Source: an uncultured Opitutales bacterium (lineage in GTDB: Bacteria > Verrucomicrobiota > Verrucomicrobiia > Opitutales > Intestinicryptomonadaceae). Taken from it: DNA of 32,000 nucleotides. Shown piece by piece: positions 1 through 9,631 of the stretch (the first letter of the stretch is position 1; the number at the start of each line of letters is the position of its first letter). The notes under the pieces are model-generated. The model ran no database searches. It had not been told where the DNA came from and saw only the letters and a program-made list of their open reading frames with translations. The position numbers and the translations under genes were made by a program. The stretch is taken from positions 180,001 to 212,000 of the forward strand of contig CAKTSY010000002.1 of the NCBI GenBank assembly GCA_934613415.1, given 5' to 3'.

Positions 1-1716
1 TCTTTCGGCGCACTCGTTGGCCTCGCGCACAACGTCGTCGCTAGATACTTCCTCTTTAGATAAAATTTCGTAGACAAGGTTTTTTTCATCTTCGCTTTCG
101 AGAACTGAGTCGAACGAAGACACCGAAAACTCTATGCCTTCTTTCGTGCACGCCAAATATTTGGCGAGAACAGTCCCCGCCAAAGAAGACGTGTCTACCC
201 ATTCGTCGGAAATTATTTCCGCCAAACGGTTTCCCACTTTCTCATTATGTAAGCATATAAATAAAGTGTCATATTCGGCGTTTGTCAATATTCCTCGTTG
301 TTTTTTATTTACAACAATATTCGGAATTTCGCCGCCGTGTTGGGCAAACCTGCTTTTCTTTGCCATATATTCGCCAAAATCGCGCATAGCCCCCGTGTAG
401 TCGGCACCTATTGCCGAGGCTGCCATTTGTATATAGTCGCTACGCACAACATTTGAAGGCGAGGCACTTACAATTTCAAATATAGAGTTTAGCGCGTTTA
501 TTTTGCCCTGCGGCGAAGACGAATCGAAGTCGGCTTTAAAAAGCTTTTCGCATACAAAACTTACCGCGTTTTCGGCGCGGTCTATAACGCTTTGCATTTC
601 GCTAGCCCCGTATTTTTGTATGAAAGAATCTGGGTCTTCCTTGCTGTCTGAGCCGTCTTTGGCTCGCAAAACCGCAGCCATAGGCTCTATGCCTGCCGCC
701 AGACAAATGGGCAAAACCCTTAATATTGCGGCTTGACCGGCTCTATCGGAATCTAGCAGCAGCACAACTTTGCCCACATGGTTTTTTATAAGCGCAAAAT
801 GCCCTTCGCCTAGGGCTGTGCCTTGCCCTGCAACCGTGTTTTCGAAGCCCGAAATGCTCATTCTTACGGCGTCTAGTTGGCCTTCTACAATAATAAAATA
901 GCCTTTTTCTACCGCCTTTGCTCGCGCGTTGTATAGGTTAAATAAAATGTTCTTTTTCGAGAATACGGGGGTTTCGGGCGTATTAATATATTTGCCCTCC
1001 TCGTAGTCCATATCGGTGGGGGTTTTTTCGGTCTTGCGCGCGGAAAAGCCTATTATTTGCCCGTTTTTGTCGGTAATGGGAATTGTCAAACGCCCCCTAA
1101 AGCGCGGCAACATTCCAGCCAGCGACGACCCGTGCTTGTTCGAAAAAAACAGCCCGCACTTTTCGTAGGCTTCGTTGGAATAGCCCTTTTTTAGAAGGCT
1201 ATTTTTAAAGTTGTCCCAATTTAGCGGGGCAAAGCCAATTCTGAATTTTTTTGCCGTCTCCAAATCAAATCGGCGTTCGTTTGTCCAATAATCGCGTATG
1301 TAGCTATTGTTTTCTGCAAAGAAATTTTCCTGAAAATAGGCGCAGGCAAGCTCGTTTATTTCCCATATCTGCTTTTTAAGCGAGCGCGTTGCAGCAGCCG
1401 ATTCGCCGCCGCGCGGTTTTTCGTATTCAAGAGTTATGTTGAACTTGTCGGCAATAAATTCTACCGCTTCGGGGAACGACAGGTTTTCCTTTGTCTGCAC
1501 AAACTTAAAGATGTCGCCGCCTTGGCTTGTGCTAAAGCAATAGTAAAGGTTTTTTGCGGTATCTACATAAAACGAAGGCGTTTTTTCGTTGCTAAAGGGG
1601 CTTAGCCCAACATAGCGGCCGCCGCGCTTTTTCAAGTTTACATAGTTCGACACAAGAGAATAGATGTCTACTTTGTCTCTTACTTCGTCTATGCTCGACT
1701 GTTTTATTATTGCCAT
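1..1716 (-). CDS. dnaG: DNA primase DnaG (N-terminal ~572 aa; C-terminus runs off the left window edge)
   Basis: Not in the supplied ORF track because it has no in-window stop. My translation of the minus strand from the ATG at 1716 reads MAIIKQSSIDEVRDKVDIYSLVSNYVNLKKRGGRYVGLSPFSNEKTPSFYVDTAKNLYYCFSTSQGGDIFKF. This is the primase zinc-ribbon block (PFxNEKTPSF ... CF..GGD). A Toprim block follows (IIVEGQLDAVRM ... VVLLLDSDRAGQAA). The track lists no minus-strand ORF fragments in 1-1746, which fits one long open frame. Confidence 0.9.
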   Translation of the reverse strand, partial: MAIIKQSSIDEVRDKVDIYSLVSNYVNLKKRGGRYVGLSPFSNEKTPSFYVDTAKNLYYCFSTSQGGDIFKFVQTKENLSFPEAVEFIADKFNITLEYEKPRGGESAAATRSLKKQIWEINELACAYFQENFFAENNSYIRDYWTNERRFDLETAKKFRIGFAPLNWDNFKNSLLKKGYSNEAYEKCGLFFSNKHGSSLAGMLPRFRGRLTIPITDKNGQIIGFSARKTEKTPTDMDYEEGKYINTPETPVFSKKNILFNLYNARAKAVEKGYFIIVEGQLDAVRMSISGFENTVAGQGTALGEGHFALIKNHVGKVVLLLDSDRAGQAAILRVLPICLAAGIEPMAAVLRAKDGSDSKEDPDSFIQKYGASEMQSVIDRAENAVSFVCEKLFKADFDSSSPQGKINALNSIFEIVSASPSNVVRSDYIQMAASAIGADYTGAMRDFGEYMAKKSRFAQHGGEIPNIVVNKKQRGILTNAEYDTLFICLHNEKVGNRLAEIISDEWVDTSSLAGTVLAKYLACTKEGIEFSVSSFDSVLESEDEKNLVYEILSKEEVSSDDVVREANECAER

Positions 1717-1746
1717 TAAATGCCGAAATTGCGCGCTTATGTAAGT

Positions 1747-3324
1747 TTAATCCGTTAAAGCCGAGCCTATCTGCGAGGGTTTAAATGTCGGGAAGGTTCC
1801 ATCTAAAAGATTTTTAAGTTCTTGTTGCGCCGCAGAATATAGCGGGTGCAGCCTTTGGGCGTTGTCCAAAAACTTTTCGTAAAAATACTTTGCCTCCCTT
1901 GCATTTTGCATAATCGCGTAGGTTCTTGCCAAACCGAGCATAATTTCGCTGCAATAGGGGAACTTTTCGTGCGCCAAGTAAAGCTTGTTTAAAAATACTT
2001 CGTTAGACTCTATAAAAGAGCCCGTTTTTAAATATAGCAGTGTGGCGTTTAGGTTTTCGGGTTCAAATTCGTAGGCCTGTTTTGCGCATAAATACGCGTC
2101 GGAAAACTTGCCGTTTGCGCAGTAGGCGCGCGCAAGCAATGCCCATGCCTGCGGGTTTTGTCCGTTTTTGCCCACAATTTTCAACGCCAGCTTTTCGGCG
2201 TCTTTTGTTTTGTTTTGGGTCAGCAACTCTTTGCACAAATCGGTGTCTTTTTCGTATTGCGAAAGAACGGGGGCCGCTATGTCGGTAAATTCGGCGGTTT
2301 CTATCTTTGTTTCGGGCAGCTCTTTGTTTGCTTGGGCTTCTTGCGCCTTTTTTTGCTCGAGTTCCTTTTTAAGAGCCAATTCCTTTTGCTTTTGCTCTTG
2401 CGCCGCTTTTTGGGCGGCAAGCTCGGCCTCTTTTGCCTTTTGTATGCGCAAAGTTTCGGCTTTTTGGCGTTCCTCTTCTGCCTTTTGAGCCGCAATTACC
2501 GCGTCTTTTGCCGCCTTAAGCTTTGCGTTATATTCGTTTAGCTGTTTTTGCAAATCGGGGTAGTTTTTCGCCAAAATGTCGGGGTCTATGGCGTTTAGGT
2601 CTTTAACTGTATTTTCCAAATTTTTAGTATCTTGCTCAATTAGATAAATGTCTATAAGACCAACAAGTATTCTGGTTTTAACTTCTTTATTCGAATTGTC
2701 GCAAACCTTTAAAGCGGCGTTAAACCACAGCTTTGCCTGAACCGTATTTTTGCCTTTTAGGAAAAGCTCGCCTATGTCGGCGGCTTCGGAAGTGTTCGGG
2801 TGGCGCGACGAATGCTTTACAAACTCCATATACGCCGCCAAGGCCGAGTCGTACATTCCCTTTTGGTCTAGCAACTTGGCAATAGATTTATAAACGGGGG
2901 CGTCTTTGGGAAAGGCTTTTATATATTTTTCGTAGGCGGCCAAAGCTGAGTCATACGACTTGCAAAGCTCGTACGAGCGCGCCGCATTAAGCAAAAGCGA
3001 CTGGTTTGCGTTTTTAAACGAAGCCGCCTTTTCGAAGTATATTGCGGCGCTGGAATATTGGGCGTCTTGTGAATAGGCGTAGGCAAGGGCTTCGCACAAA
3101 ATTTCGTTTTCGCCGTAGTCGTTTGTCGCCTTTTCCAAAAGCTCTATCGCCTGCTGATTCTTTTCGTCGAACATCAGCACTTGCGAGTTTTTTACGGCCT
3201 CTTGTATGCGCTGGTTTTTTATGCGCTGCTTTTCCTCGGGGCTGTCGAAAAACCACGCCGAGTTTGCAAAAATTGCCGCCGATAAAAATATAAAAGAAAT
3301 CGTTTTAAAAATTTTGCCTGCCAT
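1747..3324 (-). CDS. Secreted TPR-repeat protein with a central K/A/E/Q-rich coiled-coil segment
   Basis: 525-aa ORF with an N-terminal hydrophobic signal-like segment (FIFLSAAIFANSAW). It has repeated A/Y/L-patterned TPR-like helices (e.g. AIELLEKATNDYGENEILCEALAYAYSQ, ALAAYEKYIKAFPKDAPVYKSIAKLL). A charged low-complexity stretch follows (AAQKAEEERQKAETLRIQKAKEAELAAQKAAQEQKQKELALKKELEQKKAQEAQ). Confidence 0.8.
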   Translation of the reverse strand: MAGKIFKTISFIFLSAAIFANSAWFFDSPEEKQRIKNQRIQEAVKNSQVLMFDEKNQQAIELLEKATNDYGENEILCEALAYAYSQDAQYSSAAIYFEKAASFKNANQSLLLNAARSYELCKSYDSALAAYEKYIKAFPKDAPVYKSIAKLLDQKGMYDSALAAYMEFVKHSSRHPNTSEAADIGELFLKGKNTVQAKLWFNAALKVCDNSNKEVKTRILVGLIDIYLIEQDTKNLENTVKDLNAIDPDILAKNYPDLQKQLNEYNAKLKAAKDAVIAAQKAEEERQKAETLRIQKAKEAELAAQKAAQEQKQKELALKKELEQKKAQEAQANKELPETKIETAEFTDIAAPVLSQYEKDTDLCKELLTQNKTKDAEKLALKIVGKNGQNPQAWALLARAYCANGKFSDAYLCAKQAYEFEPENLNATLLYLKTGSFIESNEVFLNKLYLAHEKFPYCSEIMLGLARTYAIMQNAREAKYFYEKFLDNAQRLHPLYSAAQQELKNLLDGTFPTFKPSQIGSALTD

Positions 3325-3425
3325 ATCCCGAAAAAGTTTTGTCTTAAAAAAAGTCTTTACATGCGCTGTGCCCGAAACATTCTATAGCTAAAAACATTTA
3401 GGGTAGGGTGCGTAGTTCCTCCATT

Positions 3426-4529
3426 ATGAATTCGCAAACATTTTCAATATATTTTTTGTTCTTGCAATTGTTTTTTGCCATATTGTGCCCCGTTTTTGCC
3501 CAAAACGGCGAAAACGGCAAAAAATTAAGCGAAAAAGCCCCAGTTGTTCCCGAAAATTTTGTTGCCTATAACAGGGCATTTCGGGAAACCCTGTTCGAGT
3601 ATTCAATGCAAAACTTTTCGGATTCGGAATACGAAAGCGCAGTTAACGCCGTATTTGCCGCAACCGAAAGCGCGCTGAACAAAAAGATTAGACCCGCAAA
3701 ATTCGGCAAAGTTGCACTTAAAATCTATACAAATTCGGGCGGGGGGCTTGCCACGCCCCAGGCTTTGGTAGACGCCGTAATAAAAGAGCTTAATTTAAGG
3801 GGCTATGCCAATAAAAACATAGCCATTGTTGATATGCGCCGCCACTATCTTAGGCAGGCGGGCTATTTGCCAAAGATTGGCGAAGTTGCTTCGGGCAAAC
3901 CTGACAACTACAAGGGCTGCCCCGTATACGACTTGGCAAGCCGCAAATATTACGACAAAAACTGGTTTTACGACAACCAAATGCCCGCAAAAGTATTGCG
4001 TTTTGCCGACGAAACCGAGCCTTTCGGGGTGTCGGAACAAACGCGCCGCAAAAGCTTTTTGCCCGTTCCCCTCTTTTTGAATGTGGATTTTTGGATAAAT
4101 TTGCCCGTTATAACCGATATGGATTCTATTGGCGTTTCGGCAGCTCTTGCTAATGCGTCTATATGGAATATGTCGAACAGCGAAAGGTTTTTTGAAGCAA
4201 CCGCAAACGCGCCCGTTGCCGTTGCCGAAGTTATGGCAATTCCCGAGCTAAACGAAAGCTTGCTGCTTAATATTTTAAGCTTTCAATATGGGCAAGTTGT
4301 AGGCGGGGCGGTGTTTAACAATGCCTATACCGCCTCCGACAGGCTTTTAATTGCAAGCCAAAACCCCTGCGTAGTAGACGCCGTAGCTTGGGAGTTTTTG
4401 TGCACAAACAGGGCAAAAAAAGGCTTCCCCGTTTCTACCGAAAAGCCCGTAATGTTCGAATATTGTAGGCAGCTGGAAATAGGCGAAAGCGATTTTTCGA
4501 AAATAAAATTTGTTCCATTAACTAAGTAG
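3426..4529 (+). CDS. Hypothetical secreted protein (possibly DUF362-like)
   Basis: The track ORF starts at a GTG at 3408. The ATG at 3426 gives a cleaner signal peptide (MNSQTFSIYFLFLQLFFAILCPVFAQ). I recognise no catalytic motif, and the DUF362 resemblance (VALKIYTNSGGGLATP...AIVDM) is only an impression. The stop lies 2 nt before the next gene, so the two are probably co-transcribed. Confidence 0.6.
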   Translation: MNSQTFSIYFLFLQLFFAILCPVFAQNGENGKKLSEKAPVVPENFVAYNRAFRETLFEYSMQNFSDSEYESAVNAVFAATESALNKKIRPAKFGKVALKIYTNSGGGLATPQALVDAVIKELNLRGYANKNIAIVDMRRHYLRQAGYLPKIGEVASGKPDNYKGCPVYDLASRKYYDKNWFYDNQMPAKVLRFADETEPFGVSEQTRRKSFLPVPLFLNVDFWINLPVITDMDSIGVSAALANASIWNMSNSERFFEATANAPVAVAEVMAIPELNESLLLNILSFQYGQVVGGAVFNNAYTASDRLLIASQNPCVVDAVAWEFLCTNRAKKGFPVSTEKPVMFEYCRQLEIGESDFSKIKFVPLTK

Positions 4530-4531
4530 AT

Positions 4532-5128
4532 ATGAGTAAGTTAGATGAAAATATTGCAGCCCAAAGCGACGACTTTTTCGCCGTTGTAGACGCCAACGAC
4601 AACGTTGTAGACCGCCAACGCCGAAGCTTTGTGCACAAAAACGGTTTAATGCACAGGGCAGTTCACGCCATTGTTATAGGCAACAACGGAAAAATTTTGG
4701 CGCAGATGCGCTCGAAATATAAAGACAGAGCACCCCTTTGCTATACGACATCGTCGTCGGGGCATGTAGACTACGGCGAAACCTACGAAGCCGCCCTTGT
4801 CAGGGAAACAAAAGAGGAATTGGGCATAGATACCGAATTAGCCGACTATATCTACATAGGCAAGCTAGACGCCTGCAAGCAAACCGATATGGAATTTGTT
4901 AAAGTATACGTTTTAAGGCACAACGGCCCTTTTGTTTTCCCTCCTGCCGAAATAGATTCGCTAGACTGGTACACAAAAGCCGAAATAGAGCGTTTAATGC
5001 AGACAAATCCCGAAAAATTTTCGGGGGCGTTCGTTTATGTATACAAATATTTTGCACAAATTTGCAAAAAGAATTCAAACTTGCGCTTAAAGCTTGAAGA
5101 TTTTTTAAATATGGGGCAAATTTCTTAG
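4532..5128 (+). CDS. NUDIX hydrolase
   Basis: A Nudix box is readable: GHVDYGETYEAALVRETKEELGI (Gx5Ex7REUxEExGU pattern). Confidence 0.85.
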   Translation: MSKLDENIAAQSDDFFAVVDANDNVVDRQRRSFVHKNGLMHRAVHAIVIGNNGKILAQMRSKYKDRAPLCYTTSSSGHVDYGETYEAALVRETKEELGIDTELADYIYIGKLDACKQTDMEFVKVYVLRHNGPFVFPPAEIDSLDWYTKAEIERLMQTNPEKFSGAFVYVYKYFAQICKKNSNLRLKLEDFLNMGQIS

Positions 5129-5140
5129 AACAATATCATT

Positions 5141-6454
5141 ATGTCGAAAGTAAGAGTAAGATTTGCACCTAGCCCGACGGGCTTTTTCCATATCGGCAGC
5201 GCGAGAACCGCGCTCTTTAACTGGCTTTATGCAAGACACACGGGGGGCGACTTTATCCTCCGCATAGAAGACACCGACAAGGCCAGAAGTACCGAAGAAT
5301 ACCTTAACGTTATTATAGACAGCCTTAGCTGGCTTGGGCTAGATTGGGACGAAGGCCCGAAAAAGGGCGGCAATTTTGGCCCTTATTTTCAAAGCCAAAG
5401 GGGCGATATTTATCTGAAGTATTTGGACATTTTGCGCAAAAACGGCCGCGCCTACGACAAAGACGGGGCTGTTTTCTTTAAAGTTTCGGGCGAAAAGCAG
5501 GTTTTGCACGATGCCGTTTACGGCGACGTTGAACGCCTTGAAGAAAAAGATTTCCCCATTTTCCGTTCCGACGGCTCGCCCGTATTCCATTTCGTTAACG
5601 TTGTAGACGATATCGAAATGCAGATAACCCACGTTATAAGAGGGCAAGACCACCTTACAAACACAAACAAGCACTTGGAAATTTTCAAGGCTTTCGACGC
5701 CCCGATTCCCCAATATGCCCACATTCCGCTAATTCTTAAAAGCGAAGGCCAAGGCAAAATGAGCAAACGCGACAAGGGCGCGCTTATTTCCGAATATATG
5801 GAAAGAAACTTTTTGCCAGAGGCAGTTGTAAACTTCTTGTCGCTTTTGGGTTGGAACCCGAAAAACGGCAGGGAAATTATGTCGGTAAACGAAATTGTTG
5901 AACACTTCGATTTCGACGGCATTGTAAAAAGCAACGCGCGTTTCGACGAGCGCAAAATGGCGTATTTTAACCAAGAGCACATAAGGGCTTTGGACATCGA
6001 CACATTCGAAAAACTTGCAAAAAAATCGCTTGCCGAAAAGAGCGCAGTTCCCGAAGGCGACGAATCCTACATTAAGGGCGTTTTAAAGCTCGTTCAGCCG
6101 AAACTTGCAAATTTAGAAGACATAAGCTCGATAATTTCGTATTTCTTTACCGACGATTTCGAATTTTCGGAAACGGCAAAGCAAAAGATTTTCAAGAAGG
6201 GCGACCCTCTTGCAAGACTGCGCGAAGCGCGCGAGTTTCTTGCCCAAACCGACAAGTTCGACGCCGACAGCCTGCACGCGCTTTTCGAAGAGCAGGCGGC
6301 AAAAAACAACGTGAAATTTACCGAATATTTCCCGATTTTGCGCTTTGCAGTTTCGGGGCTTTCGGGCGGGCCCGACCTTATGCCAATGGTTGAACTTTTG
6401 GGCAAAGAAAGAGTATTAAAGCGCATAGACAAAGCTCTCGAAAAACTTTCATAA
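5141..6454 (+). CDS. gltX: Glutamate--tRNA ligase
   Basis: Class I aaRS motifs are present: RFAPSPTGFFHIGSARTALFNW (HIGH) and GKMSKRD (KMSKS). The overall GluRS-like sequence includes RIEDTD and VIRGQDHLTNT. At 437 aa it is somewhat short for a GluRS. Confidence 0.92.
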   Translation: MSKVRVRFAPSPTGFFHIGSARTALFNWLYARHTGGDFILRIEDTDKARSTEEYLNVIIDSLSWLGLDWDEGPKKGGNFGPYFQSQRGDIYLKYLDILRKNGRAYDKDGAVFFKVSGEKQVLHDAVYGDVERLEEKDFPIFRSDGSPVFHFVNVVDDIEMQITHVIRGQDHLTNTNKHLEIFKAFDAPIPQYAHIPLILKSEGQGKMSKRDKGALISEYMERNFLPEAVVNFLSLLGWNPKNGREIMSVNEIVEHFDFDGIVKSNARFDERKMAYFNQEHIRALDIDTFEKLAKKSLAEKSAVPEGDESYIKGVLKLVQPKLANLEDISSIISYFFTDDFEFSETAKQKIFKKGDPLARLREAREFLAQTDKFDADSLHALFEEQAAKNNVKFTEYFPILRFAVSGLSGGPDLMPMVELLGKERVLKRIDKALEKLS

Positions 6455-6485
6455 ATCTTAAAACAACAAAATCTGAATAAAACAT

Positions 6486-8405
6486 ATGAGCGACGCCATT
6501 AAACACGAATGCGGAATAGCACTTATAAGGCTTTTAAAGCCCCTTAGCTACTATCAGGAAAAGTACGGAACGGCTCTTTACGGTTTTAACAAGCTGTTTT
6601 TGCTTATGGAAAAGCAGCACAACAGAGGTCAAGACGGCGCGGGTATTGGCGCGGTTAAGTTCGACGTAAAACCCGGCAAGCCCTACTTGTTTAGGGAACG
6701 CTCCGTAGACCCGAGCGCGCTGAAAGACATTTTTGCCCATCAGACAAAGCACCTTAGCAAGATGATAAAAAGCGGCTTGGTAGACCCCCAAGACCCCGAC
6801 TCTTTAAAGGAAAATTTCGACTACGCAGCCGAATTGCTTTTGGGGCATTTAAGATACGGAACAAGCGGCCGCTACGAAAAGGCGACCTGCCACCCCTTCT
6901 GCCGCAAAAGCACATGGCCTGCGCGCAATGTAATGCTGGCTGGCAACTTTTCGATAACAAACCCCGAAGAGCTAAACCAGCGTTTGGTAGAACGCGGCGT
7001 GCACCCCATTGTAAACACCGACACTCAAACCATTTTAGAGGAAATTTGTTTCCACCTAGACATAGAGCACGGCGAAATCTATAGAGAACTTAGGAACAAG
7101 GGCATTAAAGGCCCCGAAGTTTTAAGAATGATGGACGACCGCCTAAGCCCTGTAAGGGTTGTGCGCGAAGCCGCCAAATATTGGGACGGCGGCTATGTTT
7201 TGGCCGGCCTTATCGGCAACGGCGACTGCTTTGTTTTAAGAGACCCCAACGGCATACGTCCCTGCTGGTATTTTAAGAACGACGAAATTTTGGCGGTTGC
7301 CTCCGAAAGAGTTGCGCTTATGACAATCTTCGACGCCGAAGAAAAGGACATAACCGAATTGCAGCCCGCAAATATGCTTACCGTTAAAAAGAACGGCGAG
7401 TTTAACCTTTCGGAATTTACCCAGCCAAAAGAAAAGAAGGCGTGCTCGTTCGAAAGAATATATTTTTCGCGCGGTAACGACCCGCAAATTTACAAGGAAA
7501 GGCAGGCAATGGGCGAGGCTTTGTGCAAGCCCATTATGGATTGCGCAAACTGGGATTTTAAGCACACCGTTTTCAGCTACATTCCCAACACCGCCGAAAT
7601 TGCCTACTACGGTATGATGAGCGGTATGCGCAAAATACGCCGCGCGCAGGTAAAAGAAGAACTCCTTAAAAAGATAAATTCGGGCGAAAAAATCACTTCG
7701 GAAGATTTAGACAGGCTTGTTCTAGACAACTGGCCCAGAGGCGAAAAGATTGCCCATAAAGACATAAAGCTTAGAACCTTTATCAGCAAAGAAAAAGACA
7801 GAATGCAGCTAGCTTCGCACGTTTACGACATTACCTACGGCGTTGTAACCCCCGAAGACACCCTTGTTTGCCTAGACGACTCTATCGTTCGCGGTACAAC
7901 TTTGCAAAGGCAAATTTTAAGGATTTTAAGCCGCACAAACCCGAAGAAAATCGTTATTGCGGCAACAGCTCCGCAAATCAGATACCCCGACTGCTACGGC
8001 ATAGATATGAGCGAGCTTAGCAAGTTCATAGCCTTTCAGGCGGCGGTAAAACTTACAAAAGAACGCGGCAAAGGCTCGCTTATCGACGAAGTTTACGCCC
8101 TTTGCAAGGCGCAGGAAAACAAGCCCGCGGCCGAAGTAAAGAACTATGTAGATATGATTTACAACCAATTTACCACCGACGAAATTACCGCAAAAATTTC
8201 CGAATTGGTATATCCTGTAAACATTCCGTGGAAGGGCGAAGTTCAGCTTGTTTTCCAAAGCATAGAAGACTTGCATAAGTCTGTTCCCACTTCGTTGGGC
8301 GATTGGTATTTTACCGGTCAATACCCGACCCCCGGCGGCTACAAAGTGCTAAACCGCTCGTTTATAAACTTCTACGAGAAAAAAGAAGGCAGGGCATTCT
8401 TTTAA
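6486..8405 (+). CDS. purF: Amidophosphoribosyltransferase, long form (class II glutamine amidotransferase + PRTase)
   Basis: An N-terminal nucleophile context is present (HECGIALI). An Ntn-amidotransferase block follows (HNRGQDGAGIG, HLRYGTSG). The PRPP-binding loop reads LVCLDDSIVRGTT. Confidence 0.88.
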   Translation: MSDAIKHECGIALIRLLKPLSYYQEKYGTALYGFNKLFLLMEKQHNRGQDGAGIGAVKFDVKPGKPYLFRERSVDPSALKDIFAHQTKHLSKMIKSGLVDPQDPDSLKENFDYAAELLLGHLRYGTSGRYEKATCHPFCRKSTWPARNVMLAGNFSITNPEELNQRLVERGVHPIVNTDTQTILEEICFHLDIEHGEIYRELRNKGIKGPEVLRMMDDRLSPVRVVREAAKYWDGGYVLAGLIGNGDCFVLRDPNGIRPCWYFKNDEILAVASERVALMTIFDAEEKDITELQPANMLTVKKNGEFNLSEFTQPKEKKACSFERIYFSRGNDPQIYKERQAMGEALCKPIMDCANWDFKHTVFSYIPNTAEIAYYGMMSGMRKIRRAQVKEELLKKINSGEKITSEDLDRLVLDNWPRGEKIAHKDIKLRTFISKEKDRMQLASHVYDITYGVVTPEDTLVCLDDSIVRGTTLQRQILRILSRTNPKKIVIAATAPQIRYPDCYGIDMSELSKFIAFQAAVKLTKERGKGSLIDEVYALCKAQENKPAAEVKNYVDMIYNQFTTDEITAKISELVYPVNIPWKGEVQLVFQSIEDLHKSVPTSLGDWYFTGQYPTPGGYKVLNRSFINFYEKKEGRAFF

Positions 8406-8412
8406 TTGATAG

Positions 8413-9561
8413 ATGTTTAAGGCTTTTTTAATTGCGTTTTTGTTGGGCTTGCCGCTTGCTTTCGGCAATGCAAAACCCAATGCAAATCTAAAAAGCCCTT
8501 CGGTTTTGGAGAATACCCCAACGCAACAACTATACGACGCCCAAACAGCGTCGTTTATAGTTATATCAGACGCAACTATGGCAATAAACTACGTTTTGCC
8601 CATAGTGCGCGTTGCCGAAAATGCGGCGTACGAACTTTTCGGGTTTGGCGGCGATGCGGCATTGCCTAAAATTGTTTTGCAAATTGTTTCGCAGAACAAC
8701 GACAAGTTCGATTCGGGGGTGTCTGCTTCGTATAAAAGCGAAATACTGCTTAGCGCAAAGTTTAACGAAAAACTTTTGCTGGAAGATTTTTGCTCGCTCA
8801 TATCGAATGCCGTTTTGTATAGGGCGGCGCAAAGCTTTGGCTACGAGCCAAACAAAATTCCCCTTTGGCTTAAATTGGGCTTTGCAGAATATGTATATCA
8901 AAAAGCGTCTATAGGCGAGTTGGCGCAGCTTGTGCGTTATGCGCTTGAAAACAAAAAAATGCAGCCTAAAGAGCTTTTTGCGTTAAAAGAAGCCGACAAG
9001 TTCGACGCCGAAAACGCAAAGTGCAGTGCCTATTGGACACTTCTTACCATTCGCGACTTTTTAGACGACAAAGCCCTTGCAAAAAAGACAATGCTTTATG
9101 CTCTAAGCGGCAAAGACCCCGAAAATACCTTGCTTGCCTTTGAAAAGAACACAACAAAGGCAAATTTTAAAAAGCTGTGGCTTTGCGTATACAACCACGA
9201 AATCTATTCCAGAAAGGGCGGGGTTATGACTTTCGGCGAGTCGGCAGAATTTATCAAAAAAATGTGCTTTGTTTGCCCCGATTTCGAAAATGCGGGCTTT
9301 GCCGACAAGGCGGTGCTGCTAAACTGCGAAGACCCTAAAATGCAGGCAATGCTTAAACAGCGCATAACAGAAATAAAAATGGCGTTATCGTCTATAAACG
9401 GGGCCTATTTTAACACGCTGCTTTCGCTTGGCGAAATGTTCGAAGCCGCCCTAGATTCCGATTCCGAAAAATTTGAAGAGTCGCGCCGTGAATTTATAGA
9501 AAACTATAAGTACTCAAAGGTTGTGGAAAACGCCGCAAAAAAGCTTATGCAGGCAAAATAG
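8413..9561 (+). CDS. Hypothetical secreted protein
   Basis: 382-aa ORF with a signal peptide (MFKAFLIAFLLGLPLAFGNA). It runs in the same direction as purF, 7 nt downstream. I recognise no family. Confidence 0.6.
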   Translation: MFKAFLIAFLLGLPLAFGNAKPNANLKSPSVLENTPTQQLYDAQTASFIVISDATMAINYVLPIVRVAENAAYELFGFGGDAALPKIVLQIVSQNNDKFDSGVSASYKSEILLSAKFNEKLLLEDFCSLISNAVLYRAAQSFGYEPNKIPLWLKLGFAEYVYQKASIGELAQLVRYALENKKMQPKELFALKEADKFDAENAKCSAYWTLLTIRDFLDDKALAKKTMLYALSGKDPENTLLAFEKNTTKANFKKLWLCVYNHEIYSRKGGVMTFGESAEFIKKMCFVCPDFENAGFADKAVLLNCEDPKMQAMLKQRITEIKMALSSINGAYFNTLLSLGEMFEAALDSDSEKFEESRREFIENYKYSKVVENAAKKLMQAK

Positions 9562-9631
9562 CCTGCTTAACATACGTTATAAAAAGCCCTTGATAGTGCG
9601 CAACTAAAGTGTATAATTTGCGCCTTTAACT

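Noticed and set aside
134-736. Plus-strand ORFs 134-400 and 503-736
   Set aside because: They are antisense to the clearly recognisable dnaG reading frame and have no family features.
2040-2541. Four overlapping ORFs (2040-2288 +, 2158-2541 +, 2168-2488 +, 2301-2495 -) inside the TPR gene
   Set aside because: They arise from the low-complexity K/A/E/Q-coding tract. Their translations are F/L/C/R- or K/R-rich nonsense, and the 525-aa minus-strand ORF explains the region.
5339-6432. Antisense ORFs within gltX (5339-5722, 5518-6003, 5729-5980, 6094-6432)
   Set aside because: All lie opposite a well-supported GluRS frame, and none has recognisable motifs.
5141-6454. Possibility that the 437-aa gltX is truncated or a pseudogene
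   Set aside because: The frame is continuous, the HIGH and KMSKS motifs are intact and the C-terminal helical region is present. The length alone is not evidence of decay.
9612-9617. Perfect TATAAT 14 nt upstream of the EamA transporter start
   Set aside because: There is no matching -35 and the leader would be only ~8 nt. I noted it but did not call it as a promoter.
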